The notes: generated from the letters alone by a model not told the origin. Shown: positions 38,982 through 47,905, counted from the stretch's first letter. The stretch: 64,000 bases of DNA from an uncultured Muribaculaceae bacterium (GCA_964576135.1 CAZNTZ010000001.1:5792-69791), one strand, 5' to 3'. A program made the numbers and translations.

Positions 38982-39194
38982 CTATTCATCAATATCTATT
39001 ACTTTATCGCGTGATTTTTCACCCCTGACTATTTTAATTTTTGATTTGGCGATATTAAAATATTCTGACAATAATTTTATTACTGCTTCGTTTGCATGAC
39101 CATCGGTTGGTGCCACAGTTGTATAAACTTTGGGCAAATCAACTTTGGCATTTTTGGCCTTTGTAATAACACGTATATTTATTTTCCTGACCAT
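38982..39194 (-). CDS. DUF167/YggU-family small protein
   Basis: 70 aa. ...APTDGHANEAVIKLLSEYFNIAKSKIKIVRGEKSRDKVIDI resembles YggU (UPF0235). Confidence 0.55.
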   Translation of the reverse strand: MVRKINIRVITKAKNAKVDLPKVYTTVAPTDGHANEAVIKLLSEYFNIAKSKIKIVRGEKSRDKVIDIDE

Positions 39195-39547
39195 TTTTCA
39201 AATTCTTGTGATTTATCGCCAGACATTATATGTAAATGAAAATGCATGACAGATTGGTTTGCAAATGTTCCGCACCCTGCATTTGACAAAATATTAAAAT
39301 CGTTTTGGATTCCAAGTATGTCCGCAGTTTTATAAAATGCCTGCCAAAACCCTAATTGTTCTGCTGGGGCGGCATTTTTAATAAAGTCGTATATATTTAC
39401 GTATTCACCCTTTGGAATAACAAGCGCATGTTTTGATGCAGCGGGATTTACATCATTAAAAGACATTGCATATTCGTTTTCAAAAATCTTGTTCGTCTGA
39501 ATTTCCCCGCGTACAATTTTCGCAAATATATTGTTTTTGTCATACAT
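39179..39547 (-). CDS. HIT-family (histidine triad) nucleotide-binding protein
   Basis: 122 aa. Histidine triad SVMHFHLHIMSG. Confidence 0.8.
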   Translation of the reverse strand: MYDKNNIFAKIVRGEIQTNKIFENEYAMSFNDVNPAASKHALVIPKGEYVNIYDFIKNAAPAEQLGFWQAFYKTADILGIQNDFNILSNAGCGTFANQSVMHFHLHIMSGDKSQEFEKWSGK

Positions 39548-39604
39548 CTTGAAATCCCCTATATTTGAGTTATATTATAACAATGTAGCAATGGAGAATC
39601 AACA

Positions 39605-39877
39605 ATGTTAAAACCTTTATATAATTATGTTTTACTGGAACGGATTGATGAAGAAAACAAAACCGCATCCGGTATTATAATTCCAGATAACGCTCGTGAA
39701 AAACCCAGCCGCGGCAAAGTCATTGCGGTCGGTCCGGGCACAAAAGACGAACCAATCACTGTTAAACCGAATGACACAGTGTTATTCGCAAAGTGGGCGG
39801 CATCTGCATCTGATATAAAATTAGATGGTAAAGATTTCGTTATTTTAAAAGAAACAGATATTTTAGGAATTTTATAA
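39605..39877 (+). CDS. groES: co-chaperonin GroES
   Basis: MLKPLYNYVLLERIDEENKTASGIIIPDNAREKPSRGKVIAVGPG... Confidence 0.95.
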   Translation: MLKPLYNYVLLERIDEENKTASGIIIPDNAREKPSRGKVIAVGPGTKDEPITVKPNDTVLFAKWAASASDIKLDGKDFVILKETDILGIL

Positions 39878-39889
39878 GGAGTAATTGAA

Positions 39890-41515
39890 ATGGCAAAAGA
39901 TATCATATTCGATACAGACAAACTGATCGCTGGTGTAGATAAACTGGCGAATACTGTAAAAATTACAATGGGACCAAAAGGTCGCACAGTAATAATTGAA
40001 AAATCTTATGGTGCGCCGATTGCAACCAAAGACGGGGTTACAGTGGCCAAAGAAGTATCATTAAAAGATCCAGTTGAAAATATTGGTGCAAGAATGGTTC
40101 AAGAAGTAGCCAAAAAGGCCGGTGACAAGGCCGGTGACGGAACAACAACCGCAACTGTGCTGGCACAAAGACTTATCAAAGAAGGACGCAAAATTGTTGC
40201 TGCTGGTTCAAACCCAATGGATATTAAACGCGGAATAGATAACGCTGTGATTGCTGTGATTGCTGATATTGAAAAACATGCACGCCCAGTCAAAGACAGT
40301 GACGAAATAAAACAAGTTGCCACAATTTCTGCAAATGGCGATTCAGAATTGGGCGAACAAATTGCATCCGCAATGGAAAAAGTTGGCAAAGAAGGTGTCA
40401 TCACTGTTGAAGAAGCCAAAGGTTTAGAAACCGAAATTGATATTGTCGAAGGAATGCAATTTGATCATGGATTTATGTCGCCCTATTTCGTGACAAATTC
40501 TGAAAAAATGTTGGCCGAATTAGATGGTGCGCGTATATTGGTTTCAGAGAAAAAGATTGCTGGACTGCAATCATTATTACCAATATTAGAACCAATCGCA
40601 CAATCCGGAAAACCATTATTAATTATCGCAGATGATGTTGAATCCGAAGCATTGGCAACACTTATTTTGAATCGTTTGCGTGGCGGACTGAAAGTCTGCG
40701 CTGTCAAAGCCCCAGGATTTGGCGATCGCCGCAAAGAAATGTTAAAAGATATTGCAACACTTACCGGTGCAACAGTCATTTCAGATGATATGGGTATGAC
40801 ATTTGAAAATATTACACCCGCAGTTCTGGGCAGTGCAAAGAAAGTTGTAGTCAGCAAAGATAATACTTTAATAGTTGATGGCGCCGGTGAAAAATCAGCC
40901 ATCAAGGCACGCGCAGATGAAATCAGAAAATCATTGGAAACAACGACTTCGGATTATGACCGCGAAAAATTAGCAGAACGTTTGGCCAGATTGGTCGGCG
41001 GAGTTGCCGTTATCAAAGTCGGCGGTATGACCGAAGTTGAAGTCAAAGAAAAGAAAGACCGTGTTGATGACGCATTGGCCGCAACACGCGCCGCAGTTGC
41101 CGAAGGTATTGTGCCAGGTGGCGGTGTTGCATTGGCACGGGCACGCGCCGCAATTGGTTCTGATTTTGTCAAAGGCTTAAACGCTGATCAAATCGCAGGT
41201 GTAACAATGGTGTTTGATGCACTGACAGCGCCAGCAGCACAAATTGCAAATAATGCAGGCATCAGTGGTGAAGTTGTTGTTGATAAAATTTTGGCATCCA
41301 AAGATTATAATTTTGGATACAACGCACAAACCGGTGAATATGTCGACATGTTAAAATCCGGAATCATAGACCCAGCCAAGGTTGTAAAAACAGCCCTGAT
41401 GGCGGCCGCATCTGTTGCAGGTGTTATGATAACAACCGGCGCAGTGATGTCTGAAATTCCTGAAGAAAAACCAGCCGCAAATCCAATGGGTGGCGGTATG
41501 GGTGGAATGATGTAA
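39890..41515 (+). CDS. groEL: chaperonin GroEL
   Basis: 541 aa. [32 protein letters not shown]... C-terminal GGM repeat ...GGGMGGMM. Confidence 0.97.
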   Translation: MAKDIIFDTDKLIAGVDKLANTVKITMGPKGRTVIIEKSYGAPIATKDGVTVAKEVSLKDPVENIGARMVQEVAKKAGDKAGDGTTTATVLAQRLIKEGRKIVAAGSNPMDIKRGIDNAVIAVIADIEKHARPVKDSDEIKQVATISANGDSELGEQIASAMEKVGKEGVITVEEAKGLETEIDIVEGMQFDHGFMSPYFVTNSEKMLAELDGARILVSEKKIAGLQSLLPILEPIAQSGKPLLIIADDVESEALATLILNRLRGGLKVCAVKAPGFGDRRKEMLKDIATLTGATVISDDMGMTFENITPAVLGSAKKVVVSKDNTLIVDGAGEKSAIKARADEIRKSLETTTSDYDREKLAERLARLVGGVAVIKVGGMTEVEVKEKKDRVDDALAATRAAVAEGIVPGGGVALARARAAIGSDFVKGLNADQIAGVTMVFDALTAPAAQIANNAGISGEVVVDKILASKDYNFGYNAQTGEYVDMLKSGIIDPAKVVKTALMAAASVAGVMITTGAVMSEIPEEKPAANPMGGGMGGMM

Positions 41516-41519
41516 AAAT

Positions 41520-41560
41520 AAAACAAACCCCGATCGAATGACCGGGGTTTGTTTTTTTAT
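41520..41560. terminator. bidirectional rho-independent terminator between groEL and the GT2 gene
   Basis: aaaCAAACCCCGatcgaatgacCGGGGTTTGttttttt. Confidence 0.75.
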
Positions 41561-41567
41561 ATTTTGT

Positions 41568-42671
41568 TTATTTTGATTTGCCAAGTCTTTCACGTGCAAG
41601 TTTTGCAACTTTTAACAAATCATTTTTATTATCGCATTTTGTACAATTAGTTTTAATACAACCAATGCATTTTTTTGGAACATAAGTTAATATGACCTTA
41701 TAACTTTCTTTGTTTTCTTTACTATATTTTTCTATTTTTTTTACACCACGTGCAAATCTGTGGGCAAATATATTAAATATTTCTGAATCATCACCAAATG
41801 CTTTTTGTGCTTCTGTAACTATGGATCCATAGTAAAATATTTTATCTTTGACACGTTTTAATCTGCGCATATGCTTTTCAGAATGTCTTACCAGTTTTGT
41901 CATCGCAGAATCTGGTCTGCGACGATATCCGTAAAAACCTTCTGGCATACCGATCATAGCAATTTTGTATTGCTGCATAGATGAAAAAATATATCTTGTT
42001 ATAAAATCTGCATCTTCAAAATAAAACATATTATTGTTAAATCTCAGCATATTATCTGAAATTACTGAATTTCGATACATTACCGAACAAGCGCTTATAC
42101 GTAAATCAATAAAATTCATAACCTGGGCGTAATTTAGATTTTTTATGTATAATTTTTGTGCCAATATATTTGCTTGATCTGTAAATATTGGCGAAACACC
42201 ATCTTTATCTATTGGTAAAATATGTCCAGCAGAAAAAGCAACTGTGGGATGTTCATCTAGACAATATTTAAAACTTTCCAAATAGTGGGTATTTATACAA
42301 TCACTTTTATTAGGTTTAAATCCGATAATATCATCACTGTCAACAAACATCATATATCTGCCAGTTGCAAGATTCATACCAACATTCCGCGATGCAGAAA
42401 CACCAAGATTAAATTTATTATTTATAACTTTAACATTTTTTGCAGAGCGTCTATTTTGCAGATATTTTTCCAATTTGTTTGCTGTTAAATCCGAAGAAGC
42501 GTCATTAACTATTATTATTTCTGATTTTTCTATACCCTTTTGGGCACGAACAGAATCCAAACAATCAATTACATATTTATCAGTATTATAAGCAGGAATA
42601 ATAATAGATACTTCAGGCTGCCCATTTTTTTTATCAGTCTTGCTAACTTTTTCTGTTTTTACCGATTTCAT
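41568..42671 (-). CDS. family-2 glycosyltransferase with C-terminal Cys4 cluster
   Basis: N-terminal GT-A motif VSIIIPAYNTDKYVIDCLDSVRAQ...IIIVNDASSD and DxD region (FVDSDD). C-terminal ...KKCIGCIKTNCTKCDNK. Confidence 0.7.
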   Translation of the reverse strand: MKSVKTEKVSKTDKKNGQPEVSIIIPAYNTDKYVIDCLDSVRAQKGIEKSEIIIVNDASSDLTANKLEKYLQNRRSAKNVKVINNKFNLGVSASRNVGMNLATGRYMMFVDSDDIIGFKPNKSDCINTHYLESFKYCLDEHPTVAFSAGHILPIDKDGVSPIFTDQANILAQKLYIKNLNYAQVMNFIDLRISACSVMYRNSVISDNMLRFNNNMFYFEDADFITRYIFSSMQQYKIAMIGMPEGFYGYRRRPDSAMTKLVRHSEKHMRRLKRVKDKIFYYGSIVTEAQKAFGDDSEIFNIFAHRFARGVKKIEKYSKENKESYKVILTYVPKKCIGCIKTNCTKCDNKNDLLKVAKLARERLGKSK

Positions 42672-42829
42672 TAAAAAATCTCTTTCCTATTTATTTTAAT
42701 CATTAAAACGACTTGGCAATTATCACCGAAATAAAAATACCATAAATTTGGTCATTTTTACAACGGATCGGCATTATGCGACAAATTTTATTATATGTCA
42801 ACATTTACATATAAACCACTAGCCCCTAT

Positions 42830-42858
42830 TTTTGTATATACATTGTGTATATACAAAA
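42830..42858. repeat. perfect 12-bp inverted repeat (TTTTGTATATAC-attgt-GTATATACAAAA) upstream of tRNA-Gln
   Basis: Read directly from the sequence. In the divergent intergenic region between the GT2 gene start (42671) and tRNA-Gln (42946). Confidence 0.6.
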
Positions 42859-42945
42859 GTTTGTTTAATTTCCAGGCCTTATTGATAAAACTGATGTGAT
42901 TTTTGTTTGCAAAGCTTGCTTTTGCAGCTTATAATGGCGCCGCAT

Positions 42946-43019
42946 TGGGGCATAATTTAACGGTAGAATACCGGACTCTGACTCCGTTCATGTTGGTTCG
43001 AATCCAGCTGCCCCAACCA
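42946..43019 (+). tRNA. tRNA-Gln (anticodon CUG)
   Basis: TGGGGCATAATTTAACGGTAGAATACCGGACTCTGACTCCGTTCATGTTGGTTCGAATCCAGCTGCCCCAACCA. U1:A72 acceptor pair characteristic of tRNA-Gln. Loop CTCTGAC. Close overall match to E. coli tRNA-Gln. Confidence 0.85.
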
Positions 43020-43022
43020 ATT
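43002..43022 (+). repeat. direct repeat copy 1 (last 18 nt of tRNA-Gln plus 3 nt): ATCCAGCTGCCCCAACCAATT
   Basis: Identical 21-mer recurs at 43181-43201. Confidence 0.9.
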
Positions 43023-43055
43023 ATTTGAACCCTTGTGGTTCGAATAATTGGTTTT
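43017..43055 (+). terminator. 15-bp stem-loop terminator overlapping the tRNA-Gln 3' end
   Basis: CCAATTATTTGAACC-cttgt-GGTTCGAATAATTGG followed by ttttgag (one G:U pair). Confidence 0.65.
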
Positions 43056-43180
43056 GAGTAAACTGATATGAGAACCTTGGTTCGCTTACGAGTCAGCGAG
43101 CAGAGCCAAAGCGAAAGTGAGCGTAGTGGAGCGTCAGCGAACGGGAACGAGTTGAAGCAGAGCGCAAAGCGCGAGCACCC

Positions 43181-43201
43181 ATCCAGCTGCCCCAACCAAT
43201 T
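43181..43201 (+). repeat. direct repeat copy 2 of the tRNA-Gln 3' end (att-like)
   Basis: ATCCAGCTGCCCCAACCAATT, exact match to 43002-43022. Preceded by a ~100-bp GC/purine-rich tract atypical of this AT-rich genome. Confidence 0.9.
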
Positions 43202-43507
43202 TTTATTTGATAATTTTTCTAATTTCATAGCAAAATAACTAATAATGAACTGGAAAATAATATTTAAATCTTTGTTTATATGGCTGTGGATGATTCCAAT
43301 TGCTTTTATAAACGGAACACGAGCGCAGAAAGAATTATTATAAAAATAATACGCAAAAATTTTTCATAATTTAAAATTTTCATCGAAATACTCTATAATA
43401 ATTTATGTTAAATTTACCTCAAAATATTATATTAATAAACACGCAAAAGAAACTTTTCAATTTATATTACACCGTTATACAGATGTTTATTTGAAGTTAA
43501 GTTAAAC

Positions 43508-43536
43508 TTGACAAATAGATTTTTTTGGGTATCATT
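43508..43536 (+). promoter_or_regulatory. putative sigma70 promoter (TTGACA-16/17-TATCAT) for the downstream hypothetical gene
   Basis: TTGACA 43508-43513 and TATCAT 43530-43535, about 30 nt upstream of ATG 43566. Confidence 0.4.
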
Positions 43537-43565
43537 CTATAAATCAATGAACAAATGGGGTGACA

Positions 43566-44336
43566 ATGTTCAAAAAACTGAAATTAAAATTAGCAGCTTT
43601 AAAATTACAGATAGCCACTAAAAAGGCCGAAAAAGAAGCACGTCGTGCCAAAGCACGCGCAAAGAAATCTACCAAAACCGATTCGAAAAATAAATCGGCA
43701 GTCGGTCGCGTATTAAGTTACATTATTAGAATACCTTCTAAAACTTGGAATTGGATTTCTACACGCAATACAATCGGTTTAATAAATTTGGCTTTGCTTG
43801 CTGGAATTATTGTTTTATTTTCAATTTTAATTATCGATTTATACGATGCCAACCAAATCAAAAATGGTAAAAATGGTTCTGCATTATTCCGTGGGGCATC
43901 TGCAGATGAAACATCAATGACTACAGAACAACGTCGCGTTATTGTTCGCACATCCGTTTCTGTTGGTAAACAACGTACAATTAATACTGTAAGTTTGCCT
44001 CTGGAAAAACCGGCAACTGTTTCAACATATGTTTATGAGAAAGTTGTTGTTCCAACCCGTAATTTATCTGGTGACATTATTATTGATGGCGAAGATATAG
44101 CAAGCCTGCGTCTTATGCCTGGGGACAATATTTCTGGAAATTTGATTGTACAAAATGTTCGTCGTTTCAAATTACCACACGATATTAAGATAAACGGAAA
44201 TTTAATTTTACGTAATGCTGGGATTGTTAAATTCTGTGGACCGTTTACGATTACCGGTAATATTTACGTAAGTCGTAATTCATCTTTTGGTCCAATCCCC
44301 CGCGAAGCACACCTTGGTGGTCAGGTACTGTTCTAA
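43566..44336 (+). CDS. hypothetical bitopic membrane protein: Lys-rich cytoplasmic N-terminus, one TM, beta-rich C-terminal domain with GN(L/I)-type repeats
   Basis: MFKKLKLKLAALKLQIATKKAEKEARRAKARAKK..., TM IGLINLALLAGIIVLFSILIIDLY. C-terminal NISGNLIVQNV...KINGNLILRNAGIVKFCGPFTITGNIYVS. ORF track starts at GTG 43560. Confidence 0.5.
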   Translation: MFKKLKLKLAALKLQIATKKAEKEARRAKARAKKSTKTDSKNKSAVGRVLSYIIRIPSKTWNWISTRNTIGLINLALLAGIIVLFSILIIDLYDANQIKNGKNGSALFRGASADETSMTTEQRRVIVRTSVSVGKQRTINTVSLPLEKPATVSTYVYEKVVVPTRNLSGDIIIDGEDIASLRLMPGDNISGNLIVQNVRRFKLPHDIKINGNLILRNAGIVKFCGPFTITGNIYVSRNSSFGPIPREAHLGGQVLF

Positions 44337-44357
44337 AAATAAAAAGTATATTTAAAA

Positions 44358-44382
44358 ACGGCCACATGGCCGTTTTTTTTTA
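44358..44382. terminator. bidirectional rho-independent terminator between convergent genes
   Basis: aaaaACGGCCAcatgTGGCCGTttttttttt. Confidence 0.7.
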
Positions 44383-44387
44383 ATAAC

Positions 44388-45383
44388 TCATACAACTTCG
44401 GTAACTGCACGCAAAGATCCATCGCGTGAAAGTTGAACAACATGTAATTTCTTTTTCATTTCGGCAATCAATTCTGAACGTTCATATGCTGGTTGGGTAT
44501 GCAAAATTCTGTCAGAAAAAGCCTCGTACGCAGCCTCTGCACTTTCAGCATGAATAGTTGTATAAAAATGATCGTGACCAGTGCCCATCATTTCCCACAA
44601 AACACTGGCGTTATCGGTTGAAACTTCACCACCTATGATAACGTCTGGTGTCATACGAACAATTAAATCAAGAAGTCGCGCATAATTAAAATTGTTATTT
44701 TGTTCTGTACGTGACAACACAAAATGCACACGATTCTTTTGTGGAACTTTGATTTCACGCGCGTCTTCGATTGTTATTACACGCGCATTTTGATCAATCA
44801 ATGTTAGAATATGATTCAAGAACAAAGTCTTTCCAGTGCTGGTTGCACCAGATATTAATATAGGACTGCCATCATTTATTGCTGTCATTAAACGATCATA
44901 CGGATCATCTGGCTTTTTCTTGGAGCGTTGTTTTATACTTAATAATTTTTGACCACGTTTAAGGTGGTAATTTTCAAAAGTTATATCTGGTGCCGCACCG
45001 CCGCGAATATTTAATGCTATGCCACCCGTCAGATCACGATCATCATACATAACATTAGGACCCGCAATCGCACTGAAACGATGATTGCCAGGCAGAGTAG
45101 CATAAACAACTGGCATTCCACGAATTGGGTCAAAAGGTCTTTCGTAAACATTAGCAACACAATGAATCAAATCCATCAAATATTGTTTCGATAATTTTTC
45201 GGAATTATACGCAACCCAAGGCTTTGCAGGACCATGTAAACGCATCCATACTTCGCCCGCATGGTTTATAGCAATCTCTTCCACGAATGAAGGTGTAAAA
45301 AATTCTTCCAATGGTTTGATTAAAGTGTCTAATACTATATCGCTCATGTAACATATTTTATCAGAAATTCTGTATTGAATCAA
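44388..45383 (-). CDS. VirB11/TrbB-family type IV secretion/conjugation ATPase (stand-alone)
   Basis: 331 aa. Walker A ISGATSTGKT. ...VITIEDAREI... (VirB11 IEDxxEL-like). ...RMTPDVIIGGEVSTDNA... (VirB11 RxRPDRIIVGExR-like). Confidence 0.7.
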   Translation of the reverse strand: MIQYRISDKICYMSDIVLDTLIKPLEEFFTPSFVEEIAINHAGEVWMRLHGPAKPWVAYNSEKLSKQYLMDLIHCVANVYERPFDPIRGMPVVYATLPGNHRFSAIAGPNVMYDDRDLTGGIALNIRGGAAPDITFENYHLKRGQKLLSIKQRSKKKPDDPYDRLMTAINDGSPILISGATSTGKTLFLNHILTLIDQNARVITIEDAREIKVPQKNRVHFVLSRTEQNNNFNYARLLDLIVRMTPDVIIGGEVSTDNASVLWEMMGTGHDHFYTTIHAESAEAAYEAFSDRILHTQPAYERSELIAEMKKKLHVVQLSRDGSLRAVTEVV

Positions 45384-45425
45384 CGCGCTAAATCTGTTAG
45401 AATTCAGAAAACGAGAGATTTTAAT

Positions 45426-46001
45426 ATGAAAAAATTATATTTACTCTTTGCAATTTTGGCTTTGCCAATCGCAGGATGTGTTGATAATACAACAAATCAA
45501 CAACCGGACACTCCTTATAATACACAGGATTATGCCCAGGGTGGATTTGAAGCGCCCTTGATGAACGAGCGCACATCAAATTTTATGCAACCTGAAAATG
45601 AATACGCAGGCGTGGATTCTTATAAACCACATACCGAAATTGAAAAAGCAGAATTGAATAATAAATGGAATACTTCCAAAGTTGTTACACGGTGGCAAGA
45701 ATACAAAGGAACAATGGTTCGTGTTCAGATTTTACTCGGGGATACAGATTTGCGCGAAATGCGTTTACGTCTGATGCAAAATGCAAATGGCACTGATATT
45801 GATGGTGATTCACGTACAGTATTGTCAAAGGTTGCAGATTTTGAAATGAAGAAAGTTTGCGGCCGTAACGCAGATTCTTTCGTTATTGTTTATGACAAAC
45901 CTTCGTTTGAAACTATGCGTCCAACACCGTATTTCGATTATCGTGTTGAATCCCAAGGTGCAACTATGCGTACTTATGGATTTCGCTGTATTTATAAATA
46001 A
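45426..46001 (+). CDS. hypothetical lipoprotein
   Basis: Lipobox MKKLYLLFAILALPIAGC (internal ATG 45426; ORF track starts 45375). No motif recognised. Confidence 0.5.
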   Translation: MKKLYLLFAILALPIAGCVDNTTNQQPDTPYNTQDYAQGGFEAPLMNERTSNFMQPENEYAGVDSYKPHTEIEKAELNNKWNTSKVVTRWQEYKGTMVRVQILLGDTDLREMRLRLMQNANGTDIDGDSRTVLSKVADFEMKKVCGRNADSFVIVYDKPSFETMRPTPYFDYRVESQGATMRTYGFRCIYK

Positions 46002-46016
46002 TCAAAAGGAAAATGT

Positions 46017-46340
46017 ATGAAAAAAGTATTAGCTATGCTTGCTGTTGTTTTTGCGCTTGCCGCATGTGATAACAGTGCCAAAATTGGTGACACAGTTAAA
46101 ATCAATTTCGCTGGATTTTTGGACGGCGTTCAATTTCCAGGTGGCACAGCAAATGGTTTTGATCTGACATTGGGCAGCGGACAATTTATTCCAGGATTCG
46201 AAGATCAACTAGTTGGGGCAAAATCTGGCGAAGACCGCGATGTCAAAGTAAAATTCCCAGATAATTACCCAGCCAAAGAACTTGCTGGTAAAGATGTAGT
46301 ATTTAAAGTTACTGTATTAGATGTTAAACACGGTAAATAA
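46017..46340 (+). CDS. FKBP-type peptidyl-prolyl cis-trans isomerase lipoprotein
   Basis: Lipobox FALAAC. FKBP core [61 protein letters not shown]. Confidence 0.8.
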   Translation: MKKVLAMLAVVFALAACDNSAKIGDTVKINFAGFLDGVQFPGGTANGFDLTLGSGQFIPGFEDQLVGAKSGEDRDVKVKFPDNYPAKELAGKDVVFKVTVLDVKHGK

Positions 46341-46360
46341 AACATCAGATAAAAAATAAA

Positions 46361-46384
46361 AACGGGTTTTACCCGTTTTTTTTA
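46361..46384. terminator. bidirectional rho-independent terminator between FKBP and recombinase genes
   Basis: aaaaAACGGGTtttACCCGTTttttttt. Confidence 0.7.
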
Positions 46385-47308
46385 TTTTGCGCGCGGATGC
46401 GCATGATTATAAGCCGACATTACAGATGTCATGTCAACTTTGGTATAAAGCTGGGTTGTTGATAACGATGAATGGCCGAGTAATTCTTGCAAACTTCGCA
46501 AATCTACACCGTCCGCGAGTAATGCAGTTGCAAAACTGTGACGAAGCGAATGCGGTGTTACATAATCTGGTAATTGTAACGCATGTCGCGCCCTTTCAAT
46601 AACCTTTTCAGCCATTCTTGCGGACATTGGTAAACCCCGAACGCTTCTGAATAATGGATCAGATGCTTCTTTGCCAAAAGGTCGCAGATACACATATTGT
46701 TCAATTGCTTCAAATACTGCTGGTAAAACTGGAACAAGACGTTCCTTGTTTCCTTTACCACGAATACGAAAAATATCAGGCCTCCCCGAAACATCAGCGT
46801 TCGTCAAAGCCAATGCTTCTGAAATTCGTAAACCACAACCAAATATAAGCACAACCAACGCAACATCGCGCGATGCAATCCACGGGTTATCAGATTCAGA
46901 TTCACTGATTTCATTTGTCATATTTTTAATATCTGTCGGCGAAATAGCTTTGGACAGTTTTTTTGGGATCTTCGGACTTGAAATCATCGCGATTGAATCA
47001 TTTATAATTTTATATTCGCGTGATAAAAAACGAAAGAACGAACGCAACGAAGACAACGCGCGCGCCGTAGATTTATGGGATAAATTACGTTTCTGACGAT
47101 CAGCCAACCAAGAACGAAAAGCGAAAGTTTCAATGCGTGAAAAATCATTTAACTGGGGGGTATTGCCGCAAAAACGACCGTAAAAATGAATAAAATCATA
47201 AATATCACGGCTATACGCTTCGGCAGTATAGTTAGAATACTTTTTTGTATTCAATAAGTAATTGATAAAACTGGTTATTTCTGTATCCATTAAATAACAA
47301 ATCGACAC
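46382..47308 (-). CDS. tyrosine site-specific recombinase, XerC/XerD family
   Basis: 308 aa. N-terminal SAM-like domain. C-terminal catalytic ...HSLRHSFATALLADGVDLRSLQELLGHSSLSTTQLYTKV. Confidence 0.85.
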   Translation of the reverse strand: MSICYLMDTEITSFINYLLNTKKYSNYTAEAYSRDIYDFIHFYGRFCGNTPQLNDFSRIETFAFRSWLADRQKRNLSHKSTARALSSLRSFFRFLSREYKIINDSIAMISSPKIPKKLSKAISPTDIKNMTNEISESESDNPWIASRDVALVVLIFGCGLRISEALALTNADVSGRPDIFRIRGKGNKERLVPVLPAVFEAIEQYVYLRPFGKEASDPLFRSVRGLPMSARMAEKVIERARHALQLPDYVTPHSLRHSFATALLADGVDLRSLQELLGHSSLSTTQLYTKVDMTSVMSAYNHAHPRAK

Positions 47309-47314
47309 AGGTTT

Positions 47315-47860
47315 TTAATTATTTTTACCTGTAATTTTGTCGACAAGTTCCTCTGCTGTTGAAAAAATGCTAATTTCATAATCCTGCATTGATTCTATGA
47401 AACCTTCTTGCTGCATGTGAACAAGTATTTGCCCAAAAACATCCCAATATTTTGAAGAATTAAGGAAAAAAATAGGTTTTTTTGATTCTCCGACTTGTTG
47501 CATGGTCATAATATCGGTCAATTCATTTAATGTTCCAATACCACCAGGTAATATACAAAAGGCGTCTGATAATTCAAACATTCTTTGTTTACGTTCGTTC
47601 AACCCTGGAACCATTTCAATTTTTATCCCTTCGTGAACCGGTTCCTGACGGGCAGTTACATTTGGTGTTGAAACCCCTATTACTTCTCCGCCATTTTCTA
47701 GCGCTGCAGATGCGACTGTCCCCATTAAACCAACATTTCCACCCCCAAACACAAGTCTTATTCCATTATAAGCCAGTGCTTTTCCAAGCACTTTCGCCTC
47801 TCTAGCGAATTCAGGGTTTTTTCCCATTTGATGACCGCAATATACTGCAACGGATTTCAT
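47315..47860 (-). CDS. LOG-family protein (cytokinin riboside 5'-monophosphate phosphoribohydrolase / lysine-decarboxylase-like)
   Basis: VFGGGNVGLMGTVA and ILPGGIGTLNELTDI (PGGxGTxxE) motifs. Confidence 0.75.
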   Translation of the reverse strand: MKSVAVYCGHQMGKNPEFAREAKVLGKALAYNGIRLVFGGGNVGLMGTVASAALENGGEVIGVSTPNVTARQEPVHEGIKIEMVPGLNERKQRMFELSDAFCILPGGIGTLNELTDIMTMQQVGESKKPIFFLNSSKYWDVFGQILVHMQQEGFIESMQDYEISIFSTAEELVDKITGKNN

Positions 47861-47905
47861 ATTTTTTCCTTTATTTTATGTAATTATAGCATAAAATATC
47901 CACAA

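Noticed and set aside
39548-39604. CIRCE/HrcA operator or sigma32 promoter upstream of groES
   Set aside because: No TTAGCACTC-N9-GAGTGCTAA element in the 57-nt intergenic region. A CTTGAAA motif is present, but the CCCCTATAT-like element follows after 1 nt instead of the required 13-17 nt spacing.
40099-40905. Minus-strand ORFs antisense to groEL
   Set aside because: Shadow ORFs inside a highly conserved gene. Ala/Ser-rich translations typical of antisense frames.
43060-43180. Purine-rich GC tract considered as a permuted tmRNA piece or degenerate second tRNA-Gln
   Set aside because: No T-loop (GGTTCGANTCC) or acceptor-stem complementarity upstream of the repeated 3' end. No Ala-type G3:U70 acceptor. 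No plausible tag-peptide ORF ending in hydrophobic residues. Retained only as the att-like filler.
42929-43228. 99-aa minus-strand ORF spanning tRNA-Gln and the purine-rich tract
   Set aside because: Overlaps a well-formed tRNA gene and a terminator hairpin, and its translation has Cys/Arg-rich non-protein-like composition. Judged spurious.
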